Positions 1 to 13,262 of a stretch of 64,000 bases of DNA are shown here, piece by piece. This DNA comes from Octopus vulgaris (lineage: Eukaryota). The DNA lies in contig OX597837.1 in the NCBI GenBank assembly GCA_951406725.2, forward strand, positions 1,178,001-1,242,000. Reading direction: 5' to 3'. Made by a program: the position numbers and the translations under genes. Each line of letters starts with the position of its first letter. The first letter of the stretch is position 1. Under the pieces are notes generated by a model that was not told where the DNA came from, did not search any database, and was given only the letters and a program-made list of their open reading frames with translations.

Positions 1-107
1 CGATAAGTACCAGGTTTTAAACAATAGGTACTGGAGTCGATTTTTTCTCGCTAAAGTCCTTCTAGGTGGAGCCCCTGCATGGCGGCAGTCAAATGACTGA
101 AGCAAAT
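1..107 (+). mobile_element. Family A SINE, 3' end
   Basis: gataagtacc..ctggagtcgatt..gcatggcggcagtcaaatgactgaagcaa matches the tail of the full copies at 44415 and 61247. Confidence 0.75.
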
Positions 108-146
108 ATCTGATATATGTCTGTCTGTCTGTCTGTTTGTCCATCC

Positions 147-187
<41 letters not shown>

Positions 188-281
188 GTCACACATGTAT
201 ATTTACATAAGCATATTCACAAATATGCATATATATGGATGCTTGCCTATATGTATATAATGTGCATGTATATATGTATGC

Positions 282-650
282 GGAGGCACAGTGGCCCAGT
301 GGTTAAGGCGGCGGACTCGCGGTAATAGGATCGCGGTTTCGATTCCCAGACTGGGCGTTGTGAGTGTTTATTGAATGAAAACACTCAAAGCTCCTCGAAG
401 CTCCGGCCCTGTTGTACGCTTTCACCACAACATTCTCTGACTCTTACATCCTGTTTCTGTTGTACATGTATTTCAAAGAGGCCAGCCTTGTCACACTCTG
501 TGTCACGCTGAATCTTCCCGAGAACTACGTTAAGGGTGCGCGTGTGTCTGTATAGTGGTCAGCCACTTACACGTTAATTTCACGAGCAGGCTGTTCCGTT
601 GATCAGACCAACTGGAACCCTCGTCGTCGTCGTAATCGACGGAGTGCCAC
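282..650 (+). mobile_element. tRNA-derived SINE (family C), near full length
   Basis: Head ggaggcacagtggcccagtggttaagg with A box (292-302) and B box ggtttcgattccc (335-347); tail gccagccttgtcacactctgtgtcacgctgaatc shared with the copy at 54225-54490. Confidence 0.8.
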
Positions 651-3535
651 GATATATGTATATGTCTGTATAGAAATGTTTGTTTTTGGAAAATTGACAA
701 ATCTCTGGTCTGTGGAACTTGTGTAAATGATCGGTTGTCTGATCGCGTGAATGATCGATTCGTAGATTGTATGACTGATTGGTTATTAGTTTTTAAGATA
801 TTCCTTCAGTAATTATTGGAATGGTTGACTTGTAAATCGATGCTTAATGAACCTCTGTGATTGATTAGTAGATAGATTGATTGATTATTTGAAGGATCAT
901 TGCAATCGCCCAGTGTCCGCCTGCATTAATCTGTTCTTTGTGTCACTTCAGCGCTTTTTAGTGTTGTGAGAATTCAGATCAAGATTTATAAATTTTCTTT
1001 CCTATAATCCTCCTGTCTTAAAGGCCTGGCAAAAATCCATGATTCACGCTTTTTCAGTTTTAGCTACGTTTTCGAAATGTGTCTTTTATCAGTTGTACTA
1101 TCTAAAACCAGCGGCACCGGCTCCTTGATTGAATTTCAGAGCATCCAACTCTATCACTCTATCTAGCATTCGTGTAAAGTGTTTGGTGTAAAGGTAGATC
1201 CTTTCCCAATTACAGAGATAGCAACCCGCGCCAACAATTGCATCGTCCAGAAGATGAAACTACGAAGGTTTAGAAACATTGGTGATTGATTCACTAAGGG
1301 AACTGTATTGTACTAAAAAATCTGCAAGGAAATCATTAGCATACACATGCACACCCACACAATCACAGACACATAAACATGCGCACATAGAAGCAGACAC
1401 TTACATAATACTCTCTTTCACATACATGCACACGCGCGCACAGAGGCACGCACACACACAAACTTATGCGCACATATGTACACACATATACATCTGCGTA
1501 CGATAGCAAGGGATCTTTCAACTATTAAAATTCTTGATGTTCGCAACCAGTTGTGAACGGTTGTAGCTGGGATTGAACCAGGATTCATTCTATAAACATG
1601 TTAACAGTAGAACAATGTAACACACTTTATCCACTGCAGCATTGTATGCTTTCTTCTGCATCTGTAAGAATTGATTTGCAAACTAACGCAGAAAAATACA
1701 GAGGCCCGAATCGTTTTACCCTTATGCAGAGCAAACTAAAGTTTCATGTACAGAGCACGCTTTTTGTAAATTAGCCTGTTTGTCGATTCTATAGAGAAGA
1801 TTGAGAAGGGAAAGAAATTGTTGACCGTGTGAATTGGGAACGTTGCACTGTCGTTCGATCTTGTGATCGATATAAAATGAACAAAACGGCATTTTCGAGG
1901 TATATTTGGGTACTACGAGACCAATCAGAGGCTGTCTCTAGAATATTCTGTATCTGTGTGTCTATGTATATATATACTTGTGTGTGAACGTATATGCATA
2001 CACATATGCTCTGAAATAACATTTGTTTATGTATATAGGTATATATATATTTGTATGTTTTATTTTTATACATACATATGATGACGTTTGTAAGTGTTCG
2101 TCTGTGAGTTGGTTGTAACGTCTCTGCTCACAGCAAATGACCTTCCTCGGCAGAAACTTTAACGGATGTCCACGTCAGAAAACCACATAGACTGACACAC
2201 TCTTATGTGCGTGTATGTGTAATATATATATATGTATGTATGTGTGTGTGTGTGTATGTGTGCTGGAGAGAGAGAGAGAGAGCGAGAGAGCTCATGCACA
2301 CAAATACACACACACACATACACATATATATGTATGTATGCATGTGCATGTATGTATATGCGTGTGTATATACTCGCACGTACACACGTATATACAGCGC
2401 TTTACAGTGAAACGTACCAAATGACCGAAGGAAAGCAATTATGTCAAAGCACAGCCGAATCCAGTATAAGCTTCTCATTAGCAAACATATTTAAGACGTG
2501 TCAAACTAATCAAGTTCACCGCCAGCCATCGCACCCACCAACCGATCCCCACCATCGCCGCCGCCGCCGCCCATTGCTGTCATCATCATTATTATTACCA
2601 TGACTCGTATTATCCTGTTAAGAGTTATAAATACTCCTCCGTATCGGAGTTTCTGTGTTGCTCTCAAGAAGAATATATTTAAACCATGATAAATCCTTTT
2701 CTTTGCTTTACATTACGTTGTACACAGACATCTCAACAGGACTATCGAGCCACCGAGCTAAGTCATGCGCCGCCGTATTTAGTAGTAATACCTGCGTGGG
2801 CAAAAGCAGACACGCACTTGCTTAATATGAGTGGAATGACCTCTTCATTTCTCCATTTCGTTTTTACCCAAAGCGATTCACAAGTTGACTAAGGGATCTG
2901 CGGGAGATGCCGTGTTCATTGGAATCCCGCTTTTGGTTAATTTCCGGGGACTTTGAGTGAATGCTTGAGCCACGAGTATTTAATTTTCTTCAGTTGTAAC
3001 ACTGACCGGTCGACCACTTTTCGGTGCGAATGGACCCAGTCTACTCAAATGTATCCTGTATTCTCTAAACTGTTTATCTTGACGGAGCGTAGAGAGATAA
3101 ACACTGTATCTTCTAGATACAGTCTTCATATCTGCTCAACCTCTACAAACCTTGAGCCAACACTGCTCAGACTATGGGCACATTCTGATGAGTTTTCAGA
3201 ACTCACCTCCTGAAGGATCTCCCAGGAAATTCCTGATTTTTATTTTTTCTATACTGTACTTTTTATTTCTCGAACCCTATATAGGCTGACCTTTTCCTTT
3301 CGTCCATTTTTCACATTTTCGCTGTTGCACTCTCCGGGTTTTTAAGGCTTGAAGTTTTTTTCTAGTTTCTTTAATATATATACGATAATATATGCAAAGT
3401 AAGCTATGTCTCATTGTGACCAAGGAATACCTCTCTTTTAAAATGATGGTCTCTCTGTCTCTAACATGTACCTTTTATATGTATTTGCACATCCCAGACA
3501 AATGTATCCATTTTACTTTATCTATTCCCGCTTTT

Positions 3536-3720
3536 AAAGCTGTGAGTTCAAATCCCGCCAATGTAAACTCAGTTGTTTATCCCTCGGTGATGATCCAACG
3601 TTTCGCTGTTTCTGCCATTAAAATAAATAGCCGGGATAAACAACGAATCATTTTAATCAACTTCTCCCTCACAAAAGATTGGTGGGGGGTCAAATTGGGG
3701 TGGGAGCTTGGCAGGATATC
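3536..3720 (+). mobile_element. Family B SINE, degenerate
   Basis: tgtgagttcaaatcccgccaatgtaaactcagttgtttatccctcgg resembles the family B core. Confidence 0.5.
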
Positions 3721-4354
3721 TGTATCTGCTCATGACCAAATTGGCACTTAAAACAACTAGTGAAAGCACGGTGTATGTATGTTACCGCGACAGCCACAAC
3801 CGTAATAAACAACCAAGATATATGTAAAGTGCCTGTAGATCTATTTGCTGTAAATATTGTGTGTGTGTGTATGTGTGTGTGTGTATGTGTGTGTGTGTGT
3901 GGGTGTGGGTGTGTGTAATGTGTGAGTATACGCATACAACCAAACTCCTGTGGTTATAGTTTGATTCTTGACTACATCATTCTGTTATATCTTTATCGTT
4001 CCCGTGGTACCTATTATTCTAACGATTTCCTCTGATGTCAATCCTCAAGACACTAGTTAGCGCTGGTTCCAGATGTTCCTATGCAAGTAGTCTCTTGATT
4101 TCTTTGAGAATATAATTCTATCGTTTCTGAGAATTAATTCAACCAATTAGGAGATATATTTCTTTTTTTTTTCTTTTATTATTATTATCATTATTATTAT
4201 TCCTGATCGGTTTTTGAACAATTAAATGTGGCCGAAACGCTACATTTTGGGTTCAAATTTGGGTTTTATCAACCGGGAATAATTATATTAAAGTACCTTC
4301 AAATAAGGCGTGTCATTTTCAGCCAAAGGAAGAATAGGCCCTAGGGTAAACATA

Positions 4355-4370
4355 GATGATGATGATGATG

Positions 4371-4413
<43 letters not shown>
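4355..4413. repeat. (GAT)n/(TAA)n microsatellite (tail of the adjacent SINE)
   Basis: Seen directly. Confidence 0.9.
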
Positions 4414-4415
<2 letters not shown>

Positions 4416-4630
4416 GTTTCAAATCTTAACACAAGGGCAGCAATTTTGAGGGGGAGGGGATGAGTTGGTTACATCGACCCCAGTATTCAACTGGTACTTA
4501 TTTTATCGACCCCGAAAGGATGAAAGGCAAAGTCGACCTCGGCGGAATTTGAACTCAGAACGTAGCGACAGACGAAATACTGCTAAGCACTTAGTCCGGC
4601 GTGTTAACGATTCTGCCAGCTCGTCGGCTT
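4414..4630 (-). mobile_element. Family B SINE (tRNA-like head, Deu/Nin-like central domain), full length
   Basis: Reverse complement gccgacgagctggcagaatcgttaacacg..gagttcaaattccgccgaggtcgactttgcctttcatcctttcggggtcgataaaataagtacc; ends in (TTA)n. The domain name is an inference. Confidence 0.85.
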
Positions 4631-4631
4631 T

Positions 4632-4640
4632 ATAATAATG

Positions 4641-4695
<55 letters not shown>

Positions 4696-4742
4696 TAATG
4701 ATAATAATAATAATAATATTAACAGTAATAATAATAATAACA

Positions 4743-4799
<57 letters not shown>

Positions 4800-4800
4800 G
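4632..4800. repeat. (TAA)n switching to (TTA)n
   Basis: Polarity switch at about 4741. Confidence 0.95.
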
Positions 4801-5320
4801 TAATGTAGTACTTATTACGTGCTCTGAATACTGAACGTAGCGTAGTTCTGTACAATTAGCGTACGTCAATTACTTTGCTTTGTAGGTGTATATTCTATTC
4901 TGTTAATCCTGTCATACGTAATACATTGCACAGTCGCTAAAAGAGGGTTTCCTGTGCATCCTGTATGTCTTAATGACTTCGTTAAGTACTTACCTGTGTA
5001 AGTCATTTCCCATGGGTCTCTTACAATAAGGGTTGTTCCTGTTTCCATTCGCCATAATCTGGATGGTCATCTCTTTCCAGATCTTTGTGTTTGGCTCATT
5101 TCACAACTGCTTTTAGAGCTACAATAATGTTTATTCGGAGCGATACTTTGATCAGGAAGCATTTCCTCTCCTGTCGGTCCTTGACAACAATATCTGATCC
5201 ATTAAATCCTGTCTCCTTAATTGCCTGTGTGGATTGGCATCTCCCTGCCTATGGTCTTTTGTCGTTCTCTTTGAAGTTTTCAGTCCATATTCCATAATGT
5301 AGGTATCGTTTTCTCTGTAT
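4801..5320 (-). mobile_element. Decayed 3' end of an R4/Dong-type non-LTR retrotransposon (restriction-like endonuclease domain)
   Basis: Minus strand reads NGSDIVVKDRQERKCFLIKVS..K*AKHKDLE, matching the RLE pattern RPDIVV.D....C.LIDV....EK..KY.DLE; stops and frameshifts present; followed on its own strand by (TAA)n. Confidence 0.75.
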
Positions 5321-5639
5321 ATAAATGCTACATATTTGTCAGGCCTCGAGAGGCATTTTTAGATGGATAACACTGTAGCAGTAGAAGTGGTGATTGTGGT
5401 AGTAGTTGAGGTAGTGGTTGTTGTGCTGTTATAGAAAGTGAACAACTGAGCCATTTAATGTAAATGTAGACTCCACACTGCAAACAATCATTCTTCGAAA
5501 GTTTACCTCTTTTACACATCTTGCATTTTAGCACTCGCAAAGTAGCAGTAATGGCGGCGGTGGTGGTGGTATTGCAGGAGTGGTGGATGGCAGAGATGGT
5601 GAAGTGTTGGGTTCAATCGCAGTGCAGGATTCAGTCTCA

Positions 5640-5969
5640 GTACCAGTTACGCCCAGGGGTAGATGTAATCGACTTAATCCGTGTGTCTGTCCTTGTTTGT
5701 CCACTCTATGTTTAGCCCCTTGTGAGTAGTAAAGAAATAGGTATTTCGTCTGCCGTTACGTTCTGAGTTCAAATTCCGCCGTGGTCGACTTTGCCTTTCA
5801 TCCTTTCGGGGTCGATTAAATAAATACCAGTTACCCACTGGAGTCGATGTAATCGACTTAATCCCTTTGTCTGTCCTTGTTTGTCCACTCTATGTTTAGC
5901 CTCTTGTGGGTAGTAAAGAAAGAGGTATCTCGTTTGCCGTTAGGTTCAGAGTTCAAATTCCGCCGAGGC
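5640..5969 (+). mobile_element. Tandem head-to-tail partial family B SINE units (period about 184 bp)
   Basis: taccagttac at 5641 and 5825; gatgtaatcgacttaatcc..gtccttgtttgtccactctatgtttagcc repeated. Confidence 0.85.
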
Positions 5970-7368
5970 CTTGTGCTTCCAGTAGAGAAGATGATGATGC
6001 TGGCGATGATGGATGTGCTGTAGATAATGCTGACGATGATACGATGATGACAAAAATGATTGATGATTTATGTAATGGTTAATATTATGAGGTTGGACAG
6101 GATCTTCATGATGATGATGATGATGATGATGATGAAGAAATAGAATTGCAACGATGAAGACATCTCGGCTTCTGTTCTCACAGACTCTAAATATTAGTTA
6201 ACTAGTTAAAAGGAAAAAAAAAGCTACTACTGCTGCTGCTGCTACTACTACTACGACAACATATAAAACGTCTTTCTAGAAGAGATATTTGTTGATATAG
6301 TATCAGTGACCGGGCCACGGTGGTGCGACGAAAATATCTTATGCCTCAAGAAATAAATGAACGTCACACCCACGACCTACTTATTCCAGTTTCAGCGTAC
6401 ATCGTACATTGAGTAATTTTGTGGGATTTCTTATCCTTACAGTTCCCAACGGTCCTTTTTTTCTCCCCACCACCTCTCGCTCCACCTATTCTCCTCCTTA
6501 TATGCAAATGTACACACACACACACACACACACGTCCATAAGTCTCCCTACCGCTTTCTCCTTCCCTCTCCGACACTATCTATTGCGCATCGCCGAATTA
6601 TCATTTTATCTCTCAACATCTTACACTATAATCTCCTCGCTCTCTTCCTCTGTCCTTCCTTTTCACACTCTGTTCCTCTAATTCCATCTCTCTCTCTATC
6701 TATCTTCAAACACACACACACTTCCTCTTATATCTTTATCATATCTCACCGTTTAATATCGTCACCAATAACTTTTATCTCACTATTAGTTGCGTCTGCT
6801 GCTGTTGCTGCTGCAAAAGTTGTTACTGTTGTTCGCTTCTATTTTTTTTCCACCGTTAAATGTTCCAGTGTCGTTTTGGTTGCAAAAAATGTCGGCAGAA
6901 ATCCTCAGAACTCTCAGCCCGCCCACACACCACCACCACCATAATTTACATGGTGGAATAAAATGGCGTTATGTTAGAGTTGGAGCGACTTCACATAATA
7001 TGTACAACAACAAATTATCCATACATTACAAAGACACACACAAACACACACACACATTCGTGGTGGAATATTTCTTATGCAAACAAAGAAATATTTGGAT
7101 AAGTTTAAGGGGATTTTTTTTAAATATATATTTTATAGTTTTTTTTTTTTTTCAGAGAAGGCAAAGGAAACGGGGACAGAAATATAAATGATAATATTTT
7201 ATCACTGATTGCTGATAGCTGAAAATATCTTTTACTGAAATCAATTTAGTACAGTAAAATAAAATAAAAATGTAGGCCATACATATCGAAGTACAAACAA
7301 ACAAATATCAAAGTATACAGTCGTGACATCCATGTTTAATTGTCGTACCCAGCACTTCTGAAAGACTT

Positions 7369-7439
<71 letters not shown>

Positions 7440-7485
7440 TTAGAGACAATCTGATTTTTCCCTGTAAATTTGGATTTATTCCCTA

Positions 7486-7532
<47 letters not shown>

Positions 7533-7582
7533 GAAAGCTAGCCATTTGCTCTTATCCATTTCCAGATGTGTATATATCCTGT

Positions 7583-7898
7583 TATTCTTTTACTTGTTTC
7601 AGTCATTTGACTGCGGTCGGTCACGCCTTTAGTCGAATAGATCGACTCCAGAACTCTTTATTCTGTCGGTCTCTTTTGCCGAATCGATAAGTTACAGGGA
7701 CGTAAATACACCAGCATTGGTTGTTAAGAAATGGTTGGGGAACGAACACAGACACACAAATATATACATGTATATATATACGACGGGCTTCTTTCAGTTT
7801 CCGTCTACCAAATTTACTCAGTCCGAGGCTATAGAAGAAGACACTTGCCCACGGTGCCACGCAATGGGACTGAACCTGAACTCATTTGGTTGAGAAGC
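7583..7898 (-). mobile_element. Family A SINE (tRNA head + CORE-like domain + internal microsatellite)
   Basis: cttttacttgtttcagtcatttgactgcgg..gaagacacttgcccacggtgccacgcaatgggactgaacc. Confidence 0.85.
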
Positions 7899-8349
7899 AG
7901 CACCTTAAAACCATGAGTTGAGATGTAGACATCTCTAACATCTTTCCGAAATTTATATATTTTAGCTAGCTTCATCTAATGAGCATTTGTACTTCAGGCC
8001 GTGACCATACAGCCGATTGGTTAAGAAGTTCGTTTCACAATCCTGAGATTCTGGAAGAGATTCCTTTAGCTGGCTTCATAAGCAAGTATCTCTGGCCATA
8101 GCCTCTTCCACTCAATACCCAACTTTCGATATGAATCTATATTCATCAGTTTAGTAGTTATGTTCAGACTATTGCTTTTATTTACCTATCTTCGTAATTA
8201 GTTCCTTAGTCATCCCTGTTTGCTGTAATATTGCATTATTTGCGTTGTTCTGTGTAATGGTCCTTTTGTTTTACTTCCCGTGATTTTGTCCCCTGACTCC
8301 AAAACATTTTGTTATATAAATACCCCAACACAGGTGTCAAACAGTATAT

Positions 8350-8538
8350 TTCTTTTTTGGGAGAGGGAAGAGTTGATTTAATCGACTTCAGGGCTTGACT
8401 GGTACCTACTTTATCGACCCTGTAGGAATGAAAGGTTAAGTCGGCCTCGGCGGAATTTGAACTCAGGACGTAAAGTTGGAAGAAATGTCGCTAAGCATTT
8501 TGCCCAGCGCGGTAACAATACTGCCAGCTCGTCGCCTT
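8350..8538 (-). mobile_element. Family B SINE
   Basis: tttatcgaccc..gaaaggttaagtcggcctcggcggaatttgaactcagg..ctgccagctcgtcgcct. Confidence 0.85.
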
Positions 8539-9503
8539 ATATTCAAAGCAGATAAACACACGCACATATCAAGTTTATACAGTATAATTTATATATGAGT
8601 GAGTCGTTAGTGCTTCGAATAAAATGTTGTGCAGTATTTGTTTGTGTCACCGAAGTCAAATGTGACTTTGGACATTCCGATGTCTCTCCAGGCAATGCCA
8701 GAATATCGGTGGAGATGTGTCACAGAATCTAGATCGGTGTTGTGTTCTGTCATTAGGTTGAGAGGAATTGGGTTTAAAGGGTTCGGGGGAATTAGTGATA
8801 AGTTTGGGGGAGACTCTTAACAAAGGCTCGAATAATTCAACACATCACCTGAAATGCTGTCAAAAACATTTAAGATTGTCATGGAGTAGGCGCTCTAACG
8901 AGTGAGGGAGTAATATGGGGTGTGTCTATGTGTGTGCCCAGGTATGTGTATGTATGTATGAATGCATGTATGTATGTGCGTGTGTATTTATGTATGTATG
9001 TATGTATGTATGTATGCATGTATGTGCGTGTGTATTTATGTGAGTGTGTGCGTGTGTATTTATGTGTGTGTGTGTGAGTATATGCTTATGTTCACATCTT
9101 TTCATTGCCTCGAGACGTCTTCTGGATTTTGACTCTAACCACAGTTGTTTCTTCCCCATGCTCCGTTATTCTGAAGGTTGATTTCTCTGTCAGCCTCTCT
9201 TTATCTCTCTCTCTTTATTTCTGTCTGTCTGTCTGTCTGTCTCCCCTTACCCCCATGTGTGTGTTCAGCCTTTGCTCTTCGTTGTTTTGTTCGCTGCGCC
9301 TGTTGATGTTCCATGAATACACATGCATATATACTTACATGTGTGTGTATGTTATATAATGCTGGATGCATTTATATATCTATATATATATATATATATG
9401 TTTGTGTGTGTGTATGCATGTGCGATATAACACTCAGTTTTATCTAAATCTTTTACATAATAATCCCAACAGACTAATTGATGTGTATGGCATCTGGCGT
9501 GTG

Positions 9504-9558
<55 letters not shown>

Positions 9559-10195
9559 TATAGATACGTGTGTGTATGTGTAGATATATATATATATATG
9601 AATGCGCGCGTCTGTGTGTGTGGCTGATTCTTAGACTATATATCTTCTTCTCTAACACCCTTTATCTACGCAACTCTTGTCTAACAAGAATTTTCCTTAA
9701 ATCCCTAAATTCTCCCCACCTCATTCCTTATTCTTTATCAGGAACACAATTCGTTATTGTTATCAACTTTATCAATACCACCACCACTACCACCACCACC
9801 ACCACCACCACCACCACCACCATGAACATCATCATCATTACTATTATTATCATTATTAAGAATAGTATTGTGACAAGTTTAGTACTGGAGGGCTGGGGAG
9901 TAGTGGTGGTCGCCTAACACCGTTTATCTGTTGAGATATTTTTTGTGTGTTTTTTATGTTTTATCATTTATAAATGATATTGTTAGTTCTGCTTAGTCTA
10001 CAGAGGAGAAATAAATAAATTACAGAAATAAAAGAAATATAGCAAAAAGTAAATAAATAAATAATACAAAAGGTAAATGAACACACAGACAGACAAACGC
10101 ACAATTACAAAATAATTTATTTGCTTAAGCTTTCATATTTGGTGGTGCTTGGGATTTGTTGTTATTTTCTATTCCCTGCCTATACATGAGCCTCT

Positions 10196-10200
10196 GTGTG

Positions 10201-10246
<46 letters not shown>

Positions 10247-10580
10247 GTGCGTGTGTGTGTGTGTGTGTGTTTGCGTATGTGTATATACGTGTGCGTGTAG
10301 TGTGTAGATGTGGTTGTGTATGCATGCTTGTGTATGCTAATGTGTATGTTTGTGCGTATATGTATGTCTGTGTGTATATATATATATATATAAGTGTGTG
10401 TGTGTGTGTATGTGTATACATATATATCTATGTGTGTGTTTGTATGCATGTAGATATAAATGTGTATATATATTTATATGTGTATATATGTATGTATATA
10501 TAAATATATGTATACGTGTGTGTATGTATAGGTGTGTGAGAGCATGTGTGTGTATGTGTGTGTGCTTGTCTGTATGTATG
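10196..10580. repeat. Compound (TG)n/(TA)n microsatellite field
   Basis: Seen directly. Confidence 0.9.
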
Positions 10581-10816
10581 ACACTAGTCGGAGGTAGTAA
10601 CTTAACTCTCCAAGATACTAGCGGAAGGGGGCAGCCGCATGTTATGTTTTACAGGAACACGGGCAACCAATGTGAAACTGATACAGTAACATATATATAC
10701 ACTCTTATACATGCATATATACACACATATATACACACGTTTTAACGGTAAAACACAGAAAACACTACACATATCACCGCACCACTTTTCCGCTTAATAC
10801 GACTGCTATTCAGCTG

Positions 10817-11033
10817 AAGGTGGGCAAGCTGGCGGAAACGTGAGCACTTTGGGCGAAATGCTTACTGGTATTTCGTTTGTCTTTACGTTCTGAGTTCAAA
10901 TTCCACCGAATTCGACTTTGCCTTTCATACTTTCGGGGTCGATAAACTAAGTACTAGTTGCATACTGGGGTCGATCTAATTAACTGGCCACCTCCCCAAA
11001 ACTTTCGGGCCTTGTGCCGAGAGCAGAAAAGGA
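10817..11033 (+). mobile_element. Family B SINE
   Basis: ggtgggcaagctggcggaaacg..gttcaaattccaccgaattcgactttgcctttcatactttcggggtcgataaa..ccttgtgcc. Confidence 0.85.
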
Positions 11034-11044
11034 TATTCAGTTAA

Positions 11045-11620
11045 TATGCTCATACTGCTGGGTCTTATGATCTACTTGGATCTCCCCTGCCGGAAGCACT
11101 CCATTGTTGAGTCCCTGACTGCATCTTCAAGACTGGTCCTTCTTTTTAAAACCAGAAAATATTTCAGCCAGAAGCCCCACCCCTCCCAGCAGCCACTGAC
11201 TTACTGCGAGTTTCAAATGAGGTCCACAATGGAGTACTACTTTTGCTTGGCTCACTGAGAACGGTAACTACAACCAGGTGTGAATCTGCTGGCTAACACT
11301 TTGTCACTAACGGACAGGGTCCAGTTTCTGACCCAGAATTATTCTGTGTCCTCTCCTTCTGTTTTTCTGACTCTACTGCAACGGCCTTAGTTCCTCGGCC
11401 CTTGCTGGTCTGCTCGTATTTCCTCTACTCAGGTATCCCTGACCCACGTACCATTCTGTCTCTTCTAGTATTCAATCTCAGTTCAGATCTGCACTAACTT
11501 CTTTGACCAATCCTTCCTCCCTAAAATATCAACCCTCTGGAATCTCTTCTTTGCTCGTGTTTTCCTGCACGAATTCTGCGGAACGTTAACGACGCCATGC
11601 TCGCCAGCCTCACAAAGCCT
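11045..11620 (+). mobile_element. Decayed CR1/Jockey-group (Zenon-like) LINE, RT C-terminal region
   Basis: TASSRLVLLFKTRKYFS..QMRSTMEYY resembles ASQRL.LL.RARKYF..Q.RP.MEYC; later QSFLPKISTLWNL resembles SF.PRTS.LWN.LP; frameshifted. Confidence 0.75.
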
Positions 11621-11678
11621 GCAAACGTTTCGGTCACTACGCCTTCCCGTAGACTCATCAAAATATACACACATATTA

Positions 11679-11751
<73 letters not shown>

Positions 11752-12780
11752 ACGTATGTTATATATATATATACCTGCATGTATGCGTGTATGTATTATA
11801 TATATGTATGCATGTATGCATTATGCATATATATGTATGTGTGTGTGTAAACTTATTTATTGTCTTTAAGCTATAGTGTAAGACAGAGATAAGTTTGGCA
11901 GGATGAAAGTAATAATAATAATAATGATAATAATGATTCTGTCAAACTTATCTCCGTCTTACACTATCGCTTACTGACAATAAAAAGTTTTCACACACAT
12001 AAGCACATAAATACTCACACACACACACACACGCACGGACATATACACTCATACGCATACGTATATACAAAAATACAACAATCGTTGTTTGTAATTTGCC
12101 ACAAGGGTAGTGGATCAGGAGAACATTACATGAATAAAAGTACGCACATACTCACTCGCATATATCTACATATATACACATATAAAGAATCTCTTGTTTT
12201 CCTCTTATCTGACAGACAACATAACTACATAAAAACCATTTACGTTAGTCATTCTATCTTCCCATCTTTCCAGTACCAAAGTCTCAAACATCTCAAAGAC
12301 TTAAGAACCGTTCCCGTATGCGTCCATCATCTCTGTCTTCATCTTCGTTTTTAGTCTCTCACATTCTGTTTCCTTCAATGTATTTCGCCGTCTTTCGTCT
12401 TCTTCCTCTTCGCCTCGCCTGTTAGCTACTATTTCTATCATTAAATCAACCAGTGTTATGAAGTATATATTTTTTCCTATTTGACACGATAACAAACGCA
12501 ATGAAACCTTTCCTCCATAAATTATTGCTGTACCGATATGTATAGCAATGAGCCTTGCACATTTGGTTAGACGTATGGCGATTTATTATCGATATCTATT
12601 GATTTCTCGAATAAGCACGTGTTCTCATGTTTGGCTTCTAGAGTTCAGTTGATTATATCTATCTCTGTATTCAACACGGTCTTTGTTTTATAGAGTGCAG
12701 AAGAAAGGAAACACGACGTCAATATCGGCGGATTGGAACTCAGAATTGCAAAACTATCTCTCTGCAGATTCTCTACCGAG

Positions 12781-13050
12781 TATTCTTCATGTTTTTGAGT
12801 CATTCGACTGCGGCCATGCTTGGGCATTCTCTCGAAAGCTTTGCTCGAAGAAATCAACTCCTGTACTTATTTTATGTCTTTTATCTTTCATATTTTATCG
12901 ATCTCTTTTTGCTAAATCATTAAGCTATGGAGACAAGAACAAACCAACCCGTTTGTTGTCAAACACAGATACATGGACACATATATATGACAGGATTCCA
13001 CACAGTTTCCGACCGCAAAATTCCCTCAAATGGCAGAGCCTTAAGACACA
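12781..13050 (-). mobile_element. Family A SINE, partial
   Basis: gtcattcgactgcggccatgcttgggca..ttttatcgatctctttttgctaaatc. Confidence 0.7.
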
Positions 13051-13139
13051 ATGTCTACGTTATGGTTTGAATGCTATTTGGCTTCTGTTTCTTGGAAAGT
13101 CGATCAGTCACTACAATTCCCCTGTTCCAGTATTAGCAT

Positions 13140-13163
13140 CTATCTATCTACGTATCTATCTAC

Positions 13164-13245
<82 letters not shown>

Positions 13246-13262
13246 CCATCCATCCACCCATC
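13140..13262. repeat. (TATC)n microsatellite
   Basis: Seen directly. Confidence 0.95.

Noticed and set aside
282-355. tRNA gene
   Set aside because: A and B boxes are present but there is no acceptor stem closure, and it continues into a SINE body
3185-3215. ctgatga followed by a small hairpin
   Set aside because: No GAAA box after the stem
2630-3360. Non-repetitive stretch suspected to be an exon or LINE relic
   Set aside because: No convincing protein motif or splice-bounded frame found by eye
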